From NCBI GenBank assembly GCA_002269645.1, contig NIVC01001802.1, positions 1 to 64,000 of the forward strand: a DNA stretch of 64,000 bases. The letters run 5' to 3'. The notes under the pieces are model-generated. The model searched no databases. It was given only the letters and a program-made list of their open reading frames with translations, and was not told where the DNA came from. Both the position numbers and the translations under genes were made by a program. Positions 38,263-50,787 of the stretch are shown in pieces. Position 1 is the stretch's first letter. Every line of letters begins with the position of its first letter. Origin of the DNA: Macrostomum lignano. Taxonomy: Eukaryota.

Positions 38263-38989
38263 GCTGTCTGTGGGGGTTAATTCAGGTTACTCTGCAAGGA
38301 TTCTCAGTTAGTCAAGGCGTGTGTGGTTCGCTTATCTCTCGCTGCCATTAACTTAAAAATGTAAGCTCTTTATCGCTAATACACACACGTGACAAACGAG
38401 TTGGCTTCCTGCTGTGCCTTGCGTCCCTGACTCCAAAATATATTTTAGAGCCGTCTGGCAAAACCTACAGCACATGTGCATGCATTTAACTGTATAAAAT
38501 ACGAGCTTATTATAGTTTTGAGTAGCGCTTGCACTACGGACTGAAGTTGCTTGGTTTGTGTCAAAAAGGCATCTGTCTGCCGTAGTGTAGCAGTGTAGAA
38601 AATGAGGTTCTACCTTTAAGAGAATATTACAATAGATTGACTAGGTATTCAGTGAATAGCGTATACTAAGGTACATTCTAGCTATAGTGTATTGTAGCAC
38701 CCGGTACTTTAAGTCATAATTTGCGAATCTAAATTTAGAAGTGAGCTCGCCCCTAGACGTATCTGCTGTGTGTACGATCGTACATAATATAAAGTAGCAT
38801 TTTATTAAACAATGGATCGAGCCTTACTATAAACAAGCAGTTTAATTATCAGTGGTTGAATCTGAATGAATCAAGCCATCAAAGACATGCCCTTATTGCC
38901 TAAAAGCCAAAAAGTTCTGTAGGGCAGCCATTTTTAGAATTTGCGCCCAGTTAATCCTTTCTACAGCATATTTTACTTGTAAATGTATT

Positions 38990-39330
38990 TGCTGACAACA
39001 ATAAGAGATAGACAATGGAGAAGATGAAAAGCGACTGATAGCTTTCGAGATGAAGGCCTACAGGATGAAAGCCTGAGCATTTTCTGGAAACAGAAGAGGA
39101 CTAACGACTGGATTAAAAAGGAATTAACAAATAACTGATCAATAGAAGGAAATATCGCTTCTTTAGGAATGTTGCGAGAAGTGGAGCGTCGAAGACTGAA
39201 GTGAAGAAGTGGTGAGAGGATGGTGCAGCTGAGCAGGATGGCCTTACATGTAGATCGGAGGCTGGAGAGTCGCTGTCGAGAGATTGGTGCACAAAGGGCC
39301 ATAATGGCTACGGAATTGATGACGACATTT
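38990..39330 (+). mobile_element. Degraded non-LTR retrotransposon ORF2 3' fragment (RTE/L2-like)
   Basis: Broken frames read DEKRLIAFEMKAYR / LSIFWKQKRTNDWI / LREVERRRLK, resembling the post-RT tail of RTE-type LINEs. Confidence 0.5.
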
Positions 39331-39427
39331 CCATGTTTGTCTGATCTGTTGAGATCTTTCATTTCAGGTTTGCACAGCTGTGAAAAAAGTTAACTGTGCG
39401 CCCAAGTTTTCAAATTAGCTGCATTAA

Positions 39428-39635
39428 AATAGACAGTGACAATTAGGCCATTGACAGTGACAATTAGGCCATAGACAGTGACAATTAGGCCATAGAGTCA
39501 TAGATAGTGGCATTTAGACCATAGACAGTGACAATTAGACCATAGACAGTGACAATTAGGCCATAGACAGTGGCATTTAGACCATAGACAGTGGCATTTA
39601 GACCATAGACAGTGACACTTAGACCATAGACAGTG
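39428..39635. repeat. 21-bp minisatellite (ggccatagacagtgacaatta)
   Basis: Tandem units. Confidence 0.9.
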
Positions 39636-40654
39636 AAAAGTAAGTCTTCGATCGCCCCACCCTCTCTCACTAAGGATTCAACTGTTTACTCCTAGGCTCC
39701 AATGACTTAGAAAATGCAATAGAACCAGCGTACAGCCCCGACTAAAATGAAATGTTTATGCTGCTGTTGAACTGCTATCTGTAACATTACTAGCCAGGAT
39801 CTGTCTGAATAATGCCAAATCGAAAAGATTAGTATAAAATTTACAGTTTTACTTGTCATTTATCGTACCAAATGTATATATTGCTTGTTTAGCTAACAGA
39901 TAAAATTTACTAGTAGCTTGTAAGCCTACACCAAAACGAACCAGTGACAGGTTTATCTTAACCTTTGCACTCGTACAAACTGGTCTGATTAAAACCGAAG
40001 TACCTAGTAAGCACGGTTGAGCTTACAAAGACAAAGTTCCCTATTATTGAACATTGTGCATAATAGGAAACTCTATAGTCCCAGATATGAGCTAGCAATG
40101 AGACCATTTTAAAGTACATTTTGAAACTAAATTGAAAGTTTAACAATAGCCATTTGCAATTCAGGTGGAAAGTCAAATTCAGATTTAAAAGTACAAACAA
40201 TACCACACAAGGAGCGAGATTTATTTGAAAATTGAAACACAATTTTACAAGCAACTATTTATAGTCAATTTGGCAAATATTGAAGCAAAACACAAGCAGA
40301 CAGATAGATATAGCGAGTAGCGGTGCCAAATATAACGAAGCAGAAAAAAAACAGCGCCAGGTAATTGAAGCTAACGACTTATTCAACAATTAACTAGATT
40401 CTTTATAATTGCTAAAACATTTAACTGATACAGGTATAAATAATATTAACATTGTACAGTGAGATTAGGGACTATTCAAACAAACTGCAAATGTTCAATT
40501 GATTCATTGTGCTCAAGTGCGCATAGGTGAGATTTTGTTTGTCAAAGCAACATTGCAGAATGAATTAAATTAAATATTGTCATGTACTTTACTTAGCCTT
40601 TACCCCTTGCCTATCCTTCTTGTGCTTTGCTAGCGGAAAATCTCAGTAAGTATT

Positions 40655-41512
40655 CACCGTTGCCATAGACAGCACTCTCCACATTCTCCCACTGCCATAG
40701 ACAGCACTCTCCATATTCTCCCACTGCCATAGACAGCACTCTCCACATTCTCCCACTGCCATAGACAGCACTCTCCACATTCTCCCACTGCCATAGACAG
40801 CACTCTCTACATTCTCCCACTGCCATAGACAGCACTCTCCATATTCTCCCACTGCCATAGACAGCACTCTCCACATTCTCCCACTGCCATAGACAGCACT
40901 CCATATTCTCCCACTGCCATAGACAGCACTCTCCATATTCTCCCACTGCCATAGACAGCACTCTCTACATTCTCCCACTGCCATAGACAGCACTCTCCAC
41001 ATTCTCCCACTGCCATAGACAGCACTCTCCACATTCTCCCACTGCCATAGACAGCACTCTCCATAATTCTCCCACTGCCATAGACAGCACTCTCCACATT
41101 CTCCCGTTGCCATAGACAGCACTCTCTACATTCTCCCACTGCCATAGACAGCACTCTCCATATTCTCCCGCTGCCATAGACAGCACTCTCCACATTCTCC
41201 CGTTGCCATAGACAGCACTCTCTACATTCTCCCACTGCCATAGACAGCACTTTCCATAATTCTCCCACTGCCATAGACAGCACTCTCCACATTCTCCCAC
41301 TGCCATAGACAGCACTCTCCATATTCTCCCACTGCCATAGACAGCACTCTCCATATTCTCCCGCTGCCATAGACAGCACTCTCCACATTCTCCCACTGCC
41401 ATAGACAGCACTCTCCATAATTCTCCCACTGCCATAGACAGCACTTTCCATATTCTCCCACTGCCATAGACAGCACTCTCCATAATTCTCCCACTGCCAT
41501 AGACAGCACTCT
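40655..41512. repeat. 32-33-bp minisatellite (ctgccatagacagcactctccacattctccca)
   Basis: About 26 tandem units. Confidence 0.95.
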
Positions 41513-41981
41513 TGATAATTGTGTTTATAACTGCTTGTTTCCATCTCTATTTAAACCTATCAGGGACTTCTCCGCAAAAAAATTTGCAAGCCCTTAAACA
41601 GCTATTTGTGTTCTCGGTCGGACTTTCTTTATGCTCTTAAATCGACCCCAGAAGGCACCATTAAGCACGGAGGGTTAACAGAGTGAATAAATACAGAATT
41701 TCAAATCCATAAAACTAATACCAATGCGGACTTGGCATGATTAAGCAGAATTGACTGCTTTTGTACCGTACATTCGTTGCAGCTTCAATAGGGCAATCAA
41801 AATTCAAAATGTTGTAATACAAACAATAAATATGCAAATACAGCGAAACATTCCACTAAACTGAATTCAACTTAGTTTTGTACAGTATTAAGGCGTTGCA
41901 TTAATTTATCTGGACAATGTAGCTTTTATAAAGTAAGTCCTCCGACTAAAACTACCTGTTTAACCGGACAGGTAGGTCAAC

Positions 41982-42660
41982 TGACAAGTAAATGACACCT
42001 GACAAGTACATAATGACACCTGACAAGTACATAATGACACCTGACAGGTACATAATGACACCTGACAAGTACATAATGACACCTGACAAGTACATAATGA
42101 CACCTGACAAGTACATAATGACACCTGACAAGTACATAATGACACCTGACAAGTACACAATGACACCTGACAAGTACATAATGACACCTGACAAGTACAT
42201 AATGACACCTGACAAGTACATAATGACACCTGACAAGTACATAATGACACCTGACAAGTACATAATGACACCTGACAAGTACATAATGACACCTGACAAG
42301 TACATAATGACACCTGACAAGTACATAATGACACCTGACAAGTACATAATGACACCTGACAAGTACATAATGACACCTGACAAGTACATAATGACACCTG
42401 ACAAGTACATAATGACACCTGACAGGTACATAATGACACCTGAAAAGTACATAATGACACCTGACAGGACGACAGGTACATAATGACACCTGACAGGACG
42501 ACAGGTACATAATGACACCTGACAAGTACATAATGACACCTGACAAGTATAAAATTACACTCGACAAGTACATAATGACACCTGACAAGTATAAAATTAC
42601 ACTCGACAAGTACATAATGACACTTGACAAGTACATCATGACACCTGACAAGTACATTAT
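41982..42660. repeat. 21-bp minisatellite (aagtacataatgacacctgac)
   Basis: About 30 tandem units. Confidence 0.95.
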
Positions 42661-42807
42661 GAAACACTTATTGACAGACTCATTACTATTAATAGGAACC
42701 TGTCAAACCACACAGTCAAACACCAAGCTATTACAATGAAGCAAAACAAAAATGCTAACTATCATATATCATATCTTTACAACAGTTGCCACAGGCTGCC
42801 AGTCAAC

Positions 42808-45800
42808 TCAGACAGAGACAGCCCGCTTCGCCAGTCCCACTGACTCCAGCAGAGGCACCCCGCTGGGTACGGTCAGGTCAGCGGCGGCTTCCCCGACTGA
42901 GTCGGCAGCAGCAGCGGCGCCGGCTGCTCCAACGAGACCCAGCGAATCGGCCATCAGCTGCTGCCGCTTCTGGCTGCACTGGCGCTGCTGGCGAGAGCGG
43001 CGATGGCGCAGCAGGCGGGTGGGGCGGTGGCGAACACGGCGAATGAGGCGCACGGTTGACCCCGGCTGCTGCCAGCGAGAGGCGGCGGAGCCACCGCTGC
43101 GACTGCTGCTGACTCCGACAGAGAGGCGACAGCCAGAGGCTGCGTGCCTGTGGATGGGTTGGGTGCGTTGGGAGGCTGGTGATGATGAGCGATGGCTAAG
43201 GTAACTGGGGTTGAACATTGGGGTGTGCAATAGGCAGTTGCTGTGGCATTCAGTCATTCTGCCTATCAGACTATTTATTGCCACTGTGAGGGTATTTATT
43301 GTGTCTACAGGGGTACTTATTATGTCTATATGGGTATTATTTATTGTCTATATAGGTATTATTTATTATGTCTATATGGGTATTATTTATTGTGTCTATA
43401 TGGGTATTTATTGTGTCTACATGGGTATTTATATTATGTCTATATGGGTATTTATTGTGTCTATGAGGGTATTTATAGTGTCTATAGGGGTATTTATTGT
43501 GTCTATAAGGGTATTTATTGTATCTATATAGGGTATTGATTGTGTCTATTGGGGTATCTATTGTGTCTATAGGGGTATTTATTGTGTCTATAGGGGTATC
43601 TATTGTGTCTATAGGGGTATCTATTGTGTCTATAAGGGTATGTATTGTGTCTATTGGGGTATTTTTGTGGCTATAGGAAGTTACTGTGTCTATAGGGGTA
43701 TTTATTGTGTCTATAAGGGTATTTATTGTATCTATATAGGGTATTGATTGTGTCTATTGGGGTATCTATTGTGTCTATAAGGGTATGTATTGTGTCTATA
43801 GGGGTATTTATTGTATCTATTGGGGTATTTTTGTGGCTATAGGAAGTTACTGTGTCTATAGGGGTATTTATTGTGTCTATAGTTGCATTTCTAGTGTCCA
43901 TAGGGGTATTTAGTCAATCATAGGGGTATCCAGGCTGCCTATGGGTACCCAGACCCAGCAGATGTCCTCACATTGCCATGGCATCGCCATTCACAGTGGC
44001 GAAGCCGCAGAGGCAGTAGAGCGCAAACGCCGGATTGCTCAGGCCCGAGCCGACGCCGATATCGCCCAGAGCAGCAGGAGCCGCCGAGGTGGCAGCAGCA
44101 GTCGATGCCGCAGTGCGGTGGCGGCGCTCGTGCCTGGCGAAGGCCTCAACGCAGCAGGTAACATAGCGGCATGCAGGGCACAGGTGCTGGCGCTGGTAGT
44201 GGCCTGAGAATTATAATTCAAATACTGTTAATTAGCCAGCTTTTCTGTTGAGCAATAATGCTACTGCAAGTAGACAAAATGCATAAAAGTTAGTTGCCCA
44301 TGGCTTTTTAGCAAATTTAACTACTTCAAGTAGGTTAAAAGCTTGTAGCTTTACGAAAAAAATAATAGATTACACCTGCCCGAATTGGGCCACATGTGCA
44401 ACGGACAGCTCAGCCGCAGCTATTGCAAGGTACGGCTGTTCATTCCAAGGACTGGGGGTCGCCACACACACCTTCAATCACCTCAGCTAATGCTGGCACC
44501 AATTTTACAGCTGGGTGAACTGAAGCAATGTAGAGTTAAGTGTCTTGGTCAAGGACACAAATTGTTCTAGTGGGATCGGGAATCGAACCCCCGACCTTTC
44601 AGTCGTGAGTCTGACGCTCCAACCACTGGACAAATCTGCCTTAAAAACTATTTTAAGAATTTTATCATCTAGACTAATACTACTTATGACATGAGTAGGC
44701 AGCAAAGCTCGGCTTCGATAGCTCACCAGGCAGGCTCATAGGCTGCAGGCATTCCAGGCAGGTCTCCTGCCGCTTCACTTTGAATTTCAGCTGGGCCAGG
44801 CCGCATAGCCTGGAGGCTGGTGCAGCGTTCAGACTGCGGGTGCCCGCGGCTGCAGTCACCGCTGCAGAGGCTGCCGCTGCAGTCGCGCCAGACGGTACTG
44901 GGGACACCTCTGCCACGGTGAAGCATTTGCCAATGTGCGCCGAGTCCAGGTGCTGCTTCAGGCTTTGCCGGCTAAGAAAGTGCAGCTTGCACTTTGGACA
45001 GCCGTTTGAATTGGCGTTGCCATGGGGATCTGAGCAACTGTCCGCCAGGTGGGCTCGCAGATGAGAGTAGTAGGGGCTGAGAGACTGCGCGGCTGGGGAG
45101 CTGCCAGTGCCTGCGGAGGGATTAAAAGATTAGGATAAATATCCTATCTGAACACTATTGTGGGATAAATATCCCAACTGAATACTACTGTGGGATAAAT
45201 ATCCCAACTGAATACTACTGTGGGATAAATATCCCAACTGAATACTACTGTGGGATAAATATCTTATCTGAATACTACTGTGAGATAAATATCCCAACTG
45301 AATACTACTGTGGGATAAATATCCCAATTGAATACTACTGTGGGATAAATATCCCAACTGAATACTACTGTGGGATAAATATCCCAACTGAATACTACTG
45401 TGGGATAAATATCCCAACTGAATACTACTGTGGGATAAATATCCCAACTGAATACTACTGTGGGATAAATATCCCAACTGAATACTACTGTGGGATAAAT
45501 ATCTTATCTGAATACTACTGTGAGATAAATATCCCAACTGAATACTACTGTGGGATAAATATCCCAATTGAATACTACTGTGTGATAAATATCCCAACTG
45601 AATACTACTGTGGGATAAATATCCCAACTGAATACTACTGTGGGATAAATATCCTAACTGAATACTACTGTGGGATAAATATCCTAACTGAATACTACTA
45701 TGAGATAAATATCCCAACTGAATACTATCATGAGATAAATATCCCCTGTACAGTAAAGTTCATAGGGAAATCATCACAGACAGAAGCTAAAAATGGAAGT

Positions 45801-46927
45801 ATCCTAAAATGCATTAGTTCTGTAGATCGATAGAAAAAAACGCCAACCAAAAGTCACCAACCATTTGGAAACCGAAAAACCTTCAAGCAGAAGTAGCAGA
45901 GCAGCTCGCCGCTGCAGGCGTGGAAGGAGTAGAAATGCTGGATCAGATCAGCGTGGCTGGAGCTGCGGTGGGCGCACAGCTCGCACCGGTAGGGCATGTC
46001 CCTGGGCGGATGTGTGCCAGCCAGGTGGTCGGCCAGCTTCGAGTCCGTGTCGAAGTGCAGCTCGCAGATTCGACACACCAGCGCCGATTCGTCCAGGCAG
46101 TCGGGGTGGGCGCGGCTGAGGTGCCGCTGCATGCGGGCGGGGGTTTGGAAGCTGCGCAGGCAGCGGTGACATCGCGTGTGCGCGGTGAGGTTGGCGCGGT
46201 GAATCCTGGCGCTGAGCAGGTGCTCAAGAATGTGCTTGGCGGCCGCATCGCTGCAAGGCATCTGGGCGGAGCAGACGCAGCAGTTGTAGGCAAACGGACC
46301 AGCGGCAGGTGGGGTGACCACAGTCTCCAGCGGGTCCAGCTCTCGGCAGTAGAAATACTCTGTGTAGTCAATGTAGTTGTTCTCATTCTCGATCACCGAG
46401 TCGTAGGTTGCGGCTGGAGGCAGCGGCTTCGTAGCTGCCGGGGCTGGCGGCGGGTAGGAGTGGCTGACCCGGCCGTTGGTTAGGAGGGCCTGCTTGACAA
46501 TCGGAGACAACTGCTGTTGCTGCTGCGTCTGTTGCTGCGGCTGCTTCTGCACTCCAGACGGCGAGCCGCCCAGCCGCAGGGCGGAGCTGACGCACAGGCC
46601 GCCTGTGGACTTTCGTCCTCGCGGCGTCTCCTTGAATCGGCGCGATCTCGCTGCCGCCGCTGCTGCCGCTGTGCCAGCGCCGCCGCCTGTCACGGTGCAG
46701 TTGAGCGGCACGAAGCCGCCAAGCTTGACGCTTTGCAGACTGCCGGCATAGTTCTGCTGATGAGGCTGCTGAGGAGGCTGTGGCTGCTGAGGCATGGCAA
46801 CTGCTGACCTGGCTTTCATTGCTCCAATTGAAGCCGTGACGAGAGCTCTTTGTTTTTGCCGCCGCCGCTCCTGCTGCTGCTGCTGTTCATCATCGTCTGA
46901 GTCAATCACAATGATGGACTCGTTCAT
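42808..46927 (-). CDS. ZNF280/POGZ-family multi-C2H2 zinc-finger protein (about 689 aa; exons 46927-45862, 45110-44727, 44203-43972, 43195-42808; upstream exons possible)
   Basis: CRICELHFDTDSKLADHLAGTHPPRDMPYRCELCAHRSS...LLCYFCLKVF, CPKCKLHF, CLEC, CPACRYVTCCVEAFARH and LCGFATVNGDAMA match the characteristic POGZ/ZNF280 finger series. Phases 1,1,2 are consistent. Confidence 0.75.
43270..43925. repeat. Intronic ~21-22-bp minisatellite (tatttattgtgtctatagggg)
   Basis: Degenerate tandem units. Confidence 0.9.
44370..44631 (-). mobile_element. tRNA-headed SINE, family 2 (second copy)
   Basis: Colinear with 12184-12465. Confidence 0.8.
45130..45745. repeat. Intronic 30-bp minisatellite (gggataaatatcccaactgaatactactgt)
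   Basis: About 20 units. Confidence 0.95.
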
Positions 46928-47079
46928 CAGTTGAGACGGCAGGAATTGTGGAAAAAATGAAATTAGAGAAATAAAGCCGATATGTATCGAAAAATACATA
47001 ACTGCGGGAATACAGCCAATACTGTATATATCAATAAGTATGAAACCAGAGAAATAAAGCCGATATGTATCGAAAATAT

Positions 47080-47500
47080 GAAAATAAGCCAAGGATTATT
47101 GCACTTGATAAGCCAAGGATTATTGCACTTGATAAGCCAAGGATTATTGCACTTGATAAGCCAAGGATTATTGCACTTGATGAGCCAAGGATTATTGCAC
47201 TTGATAAGCCAAGGATTATTGCACTTGATAAGCCAAGGATTATTGCACTTGATAAACCAAGGATTACTGCGCTTGATAAGCCATGGATTACTGCGCTTGA
47301 TAAGCCATGGATTATTGCACTTGATAAGCCAAGGATTATTGCACTTGATAAGCCAAAGACTATTGCACTTGATAAACCAAGGATTACTGCGCTTGATAAA
47401 CCAAGGCTTACTGCCTTTGATAAACTAAAAATTATTGCACTTGTTAAGCCAAGGGCTATTGCACTTGATAAACCAAGGAATATTGCACTAGATTAGAAAG
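47080..47500. repeat. 24-bp minisatellite (ataagccaaggattattgcacttg)
   Basis: About 17 units. Confidence 0.95.
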
Positions 47501-47639
47501 GATTATTGCACTAGCCGAGAAGCTGATTATTGCGCTGTCTAAAAGAGATTATTTCGCTTGCTGAGATGTGGATTGTTGCACAACCTGAGAAAGCGATTAT
47601 GGCATTAATCCTGCATTAATAGGTAACATTTGCACTTGC

Positions 47640-48110
47640 TACTTGCTATTTGGGAGGGGGGGGGGTACTGGCTACATGTATGGGATTCTTTCTATCCAGG
47701 GATGTTTGCTATTTAGGGATTCTTGCTATCTGGGTGGTTGCTTTTATAATATCTGGGGGGTGCTTGCTATCTGCAGGATGCTTCTATAATATCTGGGGGA
47801 TGCTTGCTATCTGCAGGATGCTTTCTATCTAGGTGGATGCTTCAACAATATCTGGGGAATGCTTGCTACCTGCAGATGCTTGCTATCTGGGGTGATGCTT
47901 GCTATCTGGGGAATGCTTGCTATCTGGGGTGATGCTTGCTATCTGGGGGATGCTTGCTATCTGGGGGATGCTTGCTGTCTGCAGATGCTTGCTATGATGC
48001 TATCTGGGTTGATGCTATGCTATGAGCATTAGGGGATGCTTGCTATCTGCAGTTGCTTACTTTTGGAAGGTGCTTGCTATCTGGGGGATGCTTGCTGTCT
48101 TGGGAATATT
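47640..48110. repeat. Degenerate 18-19-bp repeat (tgcttgctatctggggga)
   Basis: Visible degenerate units. Confidence 0.8.
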
Positions 48111-49859
48111 TTCTATTTAGAGGGAGCTATATTTTGTTGTCTGTTTGTTAATTTTAGAGAAAAAGTGATTTATAGCAAACATCTTTGTCCGTGACAATTT
48201 TACACAAAAAAGGTGATTTTTAAAAGTGAGGAAAGAATTGGTTCCTAAGAAAATGTGCTTTTTTAATTGTTTTCCATGAACTATTGTTGGTCCTTACTTA
48301 TTGGGTGCCCCGAAGGGGGGCTGCACTAGATTGCTAGTATCAAACTAAAAATCCAAAGTTACTAGAATATTATTTTTTTTGTTGTAAAAAATTTAATGCC
48401 AAATTCATATAGAATAAAATGATACAAAGAGACAATGAGATGTTCATACTATGCAAGTATTCTTTGAAGAGGATCCTATATATCTACTTCAGTTTATGAT
48501 CATTTAAATAGGAGAAATATATATAAATGATTGTAAACCAAAGCTAAAGGGTTTGATATAAATAACCAAAATTGATCCCTATCTAAATATACACTACCTT
48601 CAGTTTATAATAATTTATATATCTGCCATTTAATTTTAAATGAGTATAAACCAAAGCTTAGGGGAGGTAGTGAGGACATATTGTATTTTAATTTATTTGT
48701 CATTTCTCTACAGAACTTTGCAGATAATGTATGGAATTGAGTCTAAAGTGCTATATAGTATAAGGTACATGGTCAACTATTGTATAGTATAGTCAACAAG
48801 ATAGCATCATATAATATACCAAACCCCCTTAGCTTTGGTTCACAATCATTTACATGTATTTATCTTATTTAATTTTGAATGATTATTAATTGAAGTAGAT
48901 ATAAAGGATCTTGTCTTTGCCATATGCCATGAGAGAAACTTTAGGTTGGCTATTTTATTCAGATTTTTAGTGAAATAAATAAGCCCAATTCAATAATTTT
49001 GTTTCCTTTGAACAGGCCATGATTGCTAAAATGGAAATTAACATAGGGATTATAAATTGAAATAAAAAAGAATAATTATAAACCAAAAGAATGCATTAAA
49101 ATATGCCAAAGTTCTTTTGATTCCTATCCTCTCTACCAAGTAAACAAAATCTTTACTTGTCTCATAGGCATCTAGAAGTCATGCTAGATCTTCATTGAAT
49201 ATTCTCCTATAAGGCCATTATTGGTTTTGGTCTTCTTCAACCTTTTTTAGATGACTAAGCTTTTCTTTTTTAATCTTTTTGATAATTTCCTTTTTATCTT
49301 CTATATGTACCATAGCAGCCATCTTTTTCTTAAAAAGTATGCGAAGTAGATTTTTTAGCATATATTTTTGAAAGTAATATTTGGATAAGTTAAAGGGGAA
49401 AATGAGCCTCAGCTTTTTAGTCTAAAATGAATATTGGCTATTTAAATTGAATGTGCCAGTATCCCTATATGACACTTGTAACTATAAATATTTTATTTTC
49501 TATAGCCATAGGTAATATGTTTAAACTAAATATTTAATGGCTAAAAAGAATTTCAATTATCTAATTTGAATGTTCAGACCTATAGTGGTAGATGGTATCA
49601 CCACTGATTACTTTTTGAAAATTGATTTTAATAACAATAACATTATCTAGACATTAAAATTATGCTTGCCCCCCTTTCTGGCCCCATTTGTCCACCCCCT
49701 GGCATGCAAATATTACGTTTTCTGCCCTTTTTCTGTTCTCTACGCCCTATTTTCTAGCATTGTATACCCAACTTATGGTTATTTTGTTTTTTTCTATGTA
49801 TTTTCTGCGGTATTTTTTTGTTGCCTCTTTCTGCATTCTAGTGTTTTTGCTAGCACAGC

Positions 49860-50137
49860 CCTATTGCAGCGCATGGCTTAAGTAGGCCAGACGCCTACAC
49901 AACCTGCGCCACGCTGTGAAATGACTTACCTATGAAAGAAACTCTAAAGCAAAATTAACGAAGTTTTGGGTAAACGGCAGGAGTAACTATGACTGTCTTA
50001 TCAAGCCTAAATGCCTCGGCATCTAATTAGTACCGCGCCGCGCCGTACTAATCGCCGCGCGCCGTACGCGCCGCGCCGCGCCGTATTAGATCCGCGCCGG
50101 ACGCCGTCCGCCAAAATGCCCATGCGCTGCAATCAGG
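49860..50137. mobile_element. 278-bp non-autonomous TIR element with 9-bp TSD, carrying a 28S rRNA fragment
   Basis: TIR CCT(G)ATTGCAGCGCATGG at both ends (14 bp perfect plus a 1-nt indel); TSD TAGCACAGC at 49851-49859 and 50138-50146. Confidence 0.8.
49953..50037 (+). pseudogene. 28S (LSU) rRNA fragment spanning the R2 / I-PpoI target region
   Basis: GGGTAAACGGCaGGAGTAACTATGACTgTCTTAtca-AGCCtAAATGCCTCGgCATCTAATTAGT versus the eukaryotic consensus GGGTAAACGGCGGGAGTAACTATGACTCTCTTAAGGTAGCCAAATGCCTCGTCATCTAATTAGT. Confidence 0.9.
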
Positions 50138-50787
50138 TAGCACAGCGACCAATCTAGTGTTGTTTACCAATTTCGCTGCTCTGAGGATCAGAGCGTTTCC
50201 TACATTGGAAAAACAAAGTGACACCTGCACACTAGAGCTAGGGAACATTGGCTATTTTTTAGAGCCTATTTTTCTCTCTCTCTCCCTTCATTATATACTT
50301 GGCATTTGAAATTTTACCAGACTGTTTTGACCCGCCTTTGGAATATACAGTTTGTTTTGCTTAAATATATTGGTGCTGAAAATTAAGGTTAGTTGAATTT
50401 GCCTTGACGATGTCTTGTGTTTTATTAAACGCATTGGCTAAAAAAATTATTTTATGTTTTTGTTGACGTTTATTTTCCTACTATTTGTAGACGAGCTACA
50501 CTTCCCCAGTCATTTGAATTGTTAGTCGCTGCTCAAGTGTGAATAATAATAACTTGTTTATAATAACTTTGTTTATCGATTAATAAATAAACAGCAATTA
50601 TAATTTGTTTTCTTTGTTCTGGATTAAGAGCCATAGCTTATCTTAAGTCATTTGCCTATGGGGCATAAAATAACCCAATCTCATCTCAAAACAAGCTCTA
50701 AGACTTCAACATTCCGTAATAGGCAAATTACAGTGGTGGCAGCGCTACTCTACTGTTAGTAATAGAACAAGCATATGAGGTACATTG

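Noticed and set aside
40611-42739. Many repetitive ORFs (ESAVYGSGR, MTPDKYI, YLSGVIM)
   Set aside because: Minisatellite translations.
43957-43972. Apparent premature TGA after DAMAM in the zinc-finger gene
   Set aside because: The TGA lies inside a GTGAGG donor; splicing to 43195 restores the frame.
12184-44631. tRNA-like sequences at 12410-12465, 16590-16670, 29476-29550, 36050-36121 and 44575-44631 as tRNA genes
   Set aside because: They are SINE heads, continuous with SINE bodies, tails or TSDs, and I could not fold complete cloverleaves.
48465-48915. AT-rich degenerate inverted repeats
   Set aside because: Probably an old MITE, but I could not define its ends or a TSD.
49953-50037. 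A functional rDNA locus or R2 insertion
   Set aside because: Only about 85 nt of rRNA, mutated at the core; the LINE 750 bp downstream has its own unrelated TSD and an RNase H domain, so it is not R2.
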